A DNA stretch of 55,262 nt, from assembly GCA_964404095.1 (NCBI GenBank), contig CAYOIN010000001.1:1-55262 (forward strand), in the 5' to 3' direction. Position 1 is the stretch's first letter, and each line of letters begins with the position of its first letter. Positions 51,595 through 55,262 of this stretch are shown here, one piece after another. The stretch is from an uncultured Gammaproteobacteria bacterium (GTDB lineage: Bacteria > Patescibacteriota > Microgenomatia > UBA1406 > GWC2-37-13). The notes beneath the pieces are model-generated. The model did no database searches, was not told the DNA's origin, and worked only from the letters and a program-made list of their open reading frames with translations. The position numbers and the translations under genes were made by a program.

Positions 51595-51694
51595 TTCTTT
51601 TATCAAGAGTGCGGAGAGAGATTTGGCTCGATGATCCGCCGGCAACCTGACTGCGCTCGCAGAGAAGGTGCTCCAACCAAAGTCGATGGGAGAG
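51595..51694 (+). promoter_or_regulatory. SAM-I (S-box) riboswitch aptamer
   Basis: UUAUCAAGAG-UGCGGAGAGAGAUUUGGCUCGAUGAUCCGCCGGCAACC...AAGGUGCUCCAACC...GAUGGGAGAG. P1 is 51595-51604 paired with 51685-51694 (with G-U pairs). It has the GAUGA k-turn motif, the GCAACC and GGUGCU blocks, and sits upstream of metK. Confidence 0.8.
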
Positions 51695-51752
51695 TCTTAG
51701 ATATTCATCGAACCGATTGATAACAGACGCATTATTCATTTCATATTTTTGT

Positions 51753-52721
51753 ATGAACAAACAATACTCTGTTGCCGAGTCGGTAACATTCATGCATCCT
51801 GATAAAATTTGCGATCAGATCTCGGATCTCATCCTCGACGCCTATCTCGCTGTCGATCCGCTCGCACGCGTTGCGGTCGAGACGGTTGGTGGTCATGGAT
51901 CGATTGTGTTGGTTGGCGAGGTTACCGCACAGGGAACGATTGATCCAGTCTCGATTGTGAAGCAGTACTACCGCTCGATTCACCACACCGACATTTCGGT
52001 CGTTTCCCACATTACCAACCAGTCGCCAGAGATCGCACATGGAGTGCGTGGTGGAGGCGCGGGTGATCAGGGGGTTATGATTGGATACGCCTGTCGTGAA
52101 AACGACCAGTTTATTCCGCATGAGCTGTATCTTTCGCGATCGCTCCTTCAGGGCGTAGAAACCGATGGAAAATCTCAGGTCTCGATCGAGCACGGGAAGG
52201 TCTCATCAGTTGTCCTGTCGGTGCAGGGTGCAACGAGGAGCGAGCTCCTGCATCGAGTGCGAACTGCCGGTATCTCTCTTTCGTCCAAGCGGATCTATCT
52301 GAACAATACCGGCTCGTTTACCGTCGGCGGGTTTGATGCCGATGCAGGATGCACCGGTAGAAAAATTGTGGTCGATGCCTACGGTCCACGAGTTCCGGTT
52401 GGTGGTGGTGCTTTTTCAGGGAAGGATCCCACCAAGGTTGATCGATCTGCTGCCTACATGGCTCGATGGATCGCACTTCGACTCCTCCAGACCGAGGGGG
52501 CGCAAGATGTTCTCGTCAGGCTTGCGTTTGTCATTGGCGGTGTATCACCACTGCTGCAGACCGCAACGATCGATGGAGTAGAGCGGAAGATTCGCTTCGA
52601 CTGTCGGCCGGAGGCGATCATCGAGCGCTTTTCTCTTCGACGTCCAATCTATCTCGACACCGCTCGCAACGGACACATCGGAAGAGTTGGTGAGCTCCCG
52701 TGGGAGCGAGATGTTAGTTGA
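51753..52721 (+). CDS. metK: S-adenosylmethionine synthetase (short form)
   Basis: ORF trimmed to ATG 51753. MHPDKICDQISD, GAGDQG, GRKIVVDAYG and GGGAFSGKDPTKVDRSAAY are present. Only 322 aa, compared with ~385 in typical bacteria. Confidence 0.85.
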   Translation: MNKQYSVAESVTFMHPDKICDQISDLILDAYLAVDPLARVAVETVGGHGSIVLVGEVTAQGTIDPVSIVKQYYRSIHHTDISVVSHITNQSPEIAHGVRGGGAGDQGVMIGYACRENDQFIPHELYLSRSLLQGVETDGKSQVSIEHGKVSSVVLSVQGATRSELLHRVRTAGISLSSKRIYLNNTGSFTVGGFDADAGCTGRKIVVDAYGPRVPVGGGAFSGKDPTKVDRSAAYMARWIALRLLQTEGAQDVLVRLAFVIGGVSPLLQTATIDGVERKIRFDCRPEAIIERFSLRRPIYLDTARNGHIGRVGELPWERDVS

Positions 52722-53184
52722 GGACCGCGATTGCAGCGTTCAGGAGTGTTGCGAAGGTTACCCAGAGCAGATACGGAATCAGCAGAAGCCCCGCAGCCTT
52801 CTGCACGCGGTAGAACTGTTTGATGGTTAAGAAAATCGAGAGCCAAAGTACGATCACATTGATAAATGCGAGCGTTGGGCTCTTGAGTCCAAAGAACGAG
52901 ATCGACCAGAGGGTATTAAGAATAAGCTGAATCCAGAACCAGATCGAGACGCCCTTTCTCTGTCGCCAGACGAGATAGAGGGAGATGCCCATGAGGGTAT
53001 AGAGCGTTGTCCAGACCGGTCCAAAGACCCAGTTGGGCGGACTAAAGAATGGCTTATTGAGAAATGCGTACCACTCCGTGATCGCGCTCACCGTAAAGAT
53101 CGAACCGACGATACCGGCAAGCTGACAGAGGAGAACAGCACCGATAAGATGGAGAGCAGAAAAATCTTGTGCTTTCCGAGCCAT
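52714..53184 (-). CDS. tspO: TspO/MBR family tryptophan-rich sensory protein
   Basis: 156 aa with 5 TM helices. WYAFLNKPFFSPPNWVFGPVWTTLYTLMGISLYLVW. Confidence 0.85.
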   Translation of the reverse strand: MARKAQDFSALHLIGAVLLCQLAGIVGSIFTVSAITEWYAFLNKPFFSPPNWVFGPVWTTLYTLMGISLYLVWRQRKGVSIWFWIQLILNTLWSISFFGLKSPTLAFINVIVLWLSIFLTIKQFYRVQKAAGLLLIPYLLWVTFATLLNAAIAVLN

Positions 53185-53232
53185 AAAAATAGTATACGAT
53201 ATTCGCTATTTAGAATTACAATACTTGTCATC

Positions 53233-54906
53233 ATGTCGTCATTTCACGAGCGAGAACATGAGCGTCGAGGTCGAGTTCCGTCTTCACCACGAATCGAAGA
53301 TGCCCGGCAGCCCGCTTTTATCAACAGAATACGAGAGGCACTTCAACCGAGCGAGTCGATCTACCACCAGGAAGGACTACAGCTCATTAATACGCGCCTG
53401 TGGTTGCAGGATATCTTCGGCGACCAGGATCCAAACGATCCAAACCGTAAGACCATCGCGGATGTCCCGAAGGAGGTTTGGGAGAAGTTATATCGTCAGA
53501 GCGACTATATCTGGTTTATGGGGGTCTACACTCCCAGTGCGCACAGCCAACAACACTGTGCCCAGTACTCGCATGAGTACCGCTACGCAATCCCAACGCT
53601 TCGTGCCGAAGAGGTGCAGGCATCGCCGTTTGCAGTTCCGGACTATTCGCCAAATCCGCTCATCGCGCGAGACTGGGAGGAATGGGATTTGGTACGAGAC
53701 GAGCTTCACCGTAACGGGAAAAAGGTCATACTCGACTTTGTCCCCAATCACACCGCGGTCGACCACCACTGGGTGACGGAGCATCCTGAGTACTATGTGC
53801 AAGCACCTGAATGGCGGTATCGAGAGAGTCCCGGACTCTATGTGCCGGTCGAAGGAGAGGACGGCGTGGTGCGATATCTTGCACACGGCAAGGACCCGCA
53901 CTTTCCAGAATGGGCAGACACGCTTCAGCTCAACTATGCTCGACCGGATCTGCAGCGCGAGATGAAGACGGTGCTCAAAAATCTCGCTCGGCATGCCGAC
54001 GGGGTGCGGTGCGATATGGCGATGCTCGTCAATCCCGATACCTTTCAGCGAACCTGGGGATACCTCATGAGCGCTGAGGAGCGAGCGTTTCTCCACCAAC
54101 ATCCGTTCTGGGAAGAGGCGATCCCAGAGCTGAAGCAGGATGCGCGGGAGCGTGGTCAGGAGTTTTCATTTATCGCAGAAGCCTACTGGGACAAAGAATA
54201 TCTTGGACAGCAGTTTGACTACATCTATGCAAAGGATTTCTATGATCACCTGCAAGCAATCGTCAATGGGCAGGCATCACCACTGCGTGCCGATGGCGGG
54301 AACAATCTTCGCGACCACATTCGTCACATGATGATGGCATATGAAAGCTGGGGGCGACATTACAAAGACGTGCTCTTTACCGAGAACCATGATGAGCGTC
54401 GAGCGATCGAGATTTTTGGTGTTGGTCCCTCCAAAGCAGCTGCGGTGCTTGCCGGTTTGATCCCAAACTCGTTATTTCTCCTCAACCAAGGACAGGCGCG
54501 TGGCAATCGTATTCGACCACCGATGCAGATTGGTCGATTTCCGGAGGAGCCGGGGATCGATCAGATCCGTGAGTTCTATGACCGGCTCATCACGCTCAAG
54601 CGGTCGAAGTTTTTTCAGAAAGGAGACTGGAGTCTCGCCGAACTGCAGGATGATAGTCCATCGATCGTATCGATGAAGGTGCGGTACCGACATCAGGGAA
54701 GAACAATTGAAGGATATGTGTGTGTGAACTTCGGACAGACGACCGGTAGTTGCAAGCTTCCGGCGATTCGACCGGAGAGTAGTGCGGTTGTTTATGATCT
54801 CACCAACAACCAAACAATCTTTAATCCCGATCAGGAGCGAGAGGGAGGAATGTACCTTGAGCTACTCCCATGGCAGACCGAAATCATTTTTGTAGAGAGT
54901 GTGTAA
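53233..54906 (+). CDS. GH13 alpha-amylase-family glycoside hydrolase
   Basis: ORF trimmed to ATG 53233. GH13 regions I-IV: DFVPNHTAVDH, GVRCDMAM, FIAEAYW, FTENHDE. Confidence 0.8.
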   Translation: MSSFHEREHERRGRVPSSPRIEDARQPAFINRIREALQPSESIYHQEGLQLINTRLWLQDIFGDQDPNDPNRKTIADVPKEVWEKLYRQSDYIWFMGVYTPSAHSQQHCAQYSHEYRYAIPTLRAEEVQASPFAVPDYSPNPLIARDWEEWDLVRDELHRNGKKVILDFVPNHTAVDHHWVTEHPEYYVQAPEWRYRESPGLYVPVEGEDGVVRYLAHGKDPHFPEWADTLQLNYARPDLQREMKTVLKNLARHADGVRCDMAMLVNPDTFQRTWGYLMSAEERAFLHQHPFWEEAIPELKQDARERGQEFSFIAEAYWDKEYLGQQFDYIYAKDFYDHLQAIVNGQASPLRADGGNNLRDHIRHMMMAYESWGRHYKDVLFTENHDERRAIEIFGVGPSKAAAVLAGLIPNSLFLLNQGQARGNRIRPPMQIGRFPEEPGIDQIREFYDRLITLKRSKFFQKGDWSLAELQDDSPSIVSMKVRYRHQGRTIEGYVCVNFGQTTGSCKLPAIRPESSAVVYDLTNNQTIFNPDQEREGGMYLELLPWQTEIIFVESV

Positions 54907-54925
54907 CTTCTGTATACTGAAGGAT

Positions 54926-55262
54926 ATGGAACATCCAACTACACCTCTACAAACTGTTATGAACCTTCAGGGCAAGACCGCAATCGTGACCGGCGGAGCG
55001 CTTGGCATCGGATTTGGGATTGCATACCGACTTGCCGAAGCGGGTGCCAATGTTGTCATCGCAAATCGCACCGAGGATGAAGGAAAAAAGGCAGCCGACG
55101 ATCTTGTTGCGAAAGGTTGGAAGGCGATCGCCGTAAAGACTGATGTATCGGTCGAGAGCGATGTACTCGCACTTATGGAGAAAGCAGTTGCGCAGTTTGG
55201 ATCGGTTGATATTCTGGTGAACAATGCCGGAATCTTCCCCAACATTCCGGTGATGAAGATGA
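54926..55262 (+). CDS. Short-chain dehydrogenase/reductase (SDR), 3-prime truncated by the window edge
   Basis: Not in the ORF track (no stop in the window). ATG 54926: MEHPTTPLQTVMNLQGKTAIVTGGALGIGFGIA...ILVNNAGI (TGxxxGIG and NNAG motifs). Confidence 0.8.
   Translation, partial: MEHPTTPLQTVMNLQGKTAIVTGGALGIGFGIAYRLAEAGANVVIANRTEDEGKKAADDLVAKGWKAIAVKTDVSVESDVLALMEKAVAQFGSVDILVNNAGIFPNIPVMKM

Noticed and set aside
1-55262. Alternative genetic code (UGA recoding as in some CPR lineages)
   Set aside because: Long conserved genes are intact and of the expected length under the standard code, and several (for example the HNH ORF and the GT2 gene) terminate at TGA.

Overview
Gene-dense 55.3-kb chromosomal window with about 70 CDS, 4 tRNA or tRNA-like genes, a tmRNA and one riboswitch, read under the standard bacterial code. 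The gene content suggests a small-genome Candidate Phyla Radiation/Patescibacteria-like bacterium; this is inference only. Supporting content: a 4-domain S1, VirB4/PrgI/T4CP T4SS-like genes plus T4SS-pilin-like ORFs, a sortase-type IPNTG protein, a DUF5667-like protein, many orphan ORFs, class II RNR with NrdR, DipZ and a short MetK. The window spans the replication origin (dnaN-dnaA with perfect DnaA boxes at 14664-14703). Housekeeping blocks are rpsA; recA-recX-rny-hup; smpB-ssrA; nrdR-nrdJ-cob(I)alamin adenosyltransferase-purF; a SIS/PMI/UbiA sugar-lipid cluster; trx/DipZ; comM; guaA; SAM-I riboswitch-metK; TspO; GH13. Most notable observations: (1) a PIN-like gene divergent from dnaA that looks like a protein-only RNase P (HARP family), in the position usually held by rpmH-rnpA. 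(2) A ~3-kb accessory segment between tRNA-Ala and tRNA-Lys that splits the T4SS-like genes. It carries an HNH-type nuclease ORF, a promoter/terminator-bounded structured RNA with mutually exclusive helices, an attenuator-like element, and a class-I-shaped tRNA with a Ser (GCU) anticodon. (3) A Xer-like recombinase lacking the catalytic Tyr. (4) An 11-bp-phased GCGG repeat array in a convergent intergenic region. (5) A pervasive -10 box placed 5-8 nt before start codons, implying leaderless mRNAs. (6) A eukaryote-type long GMP synthase.
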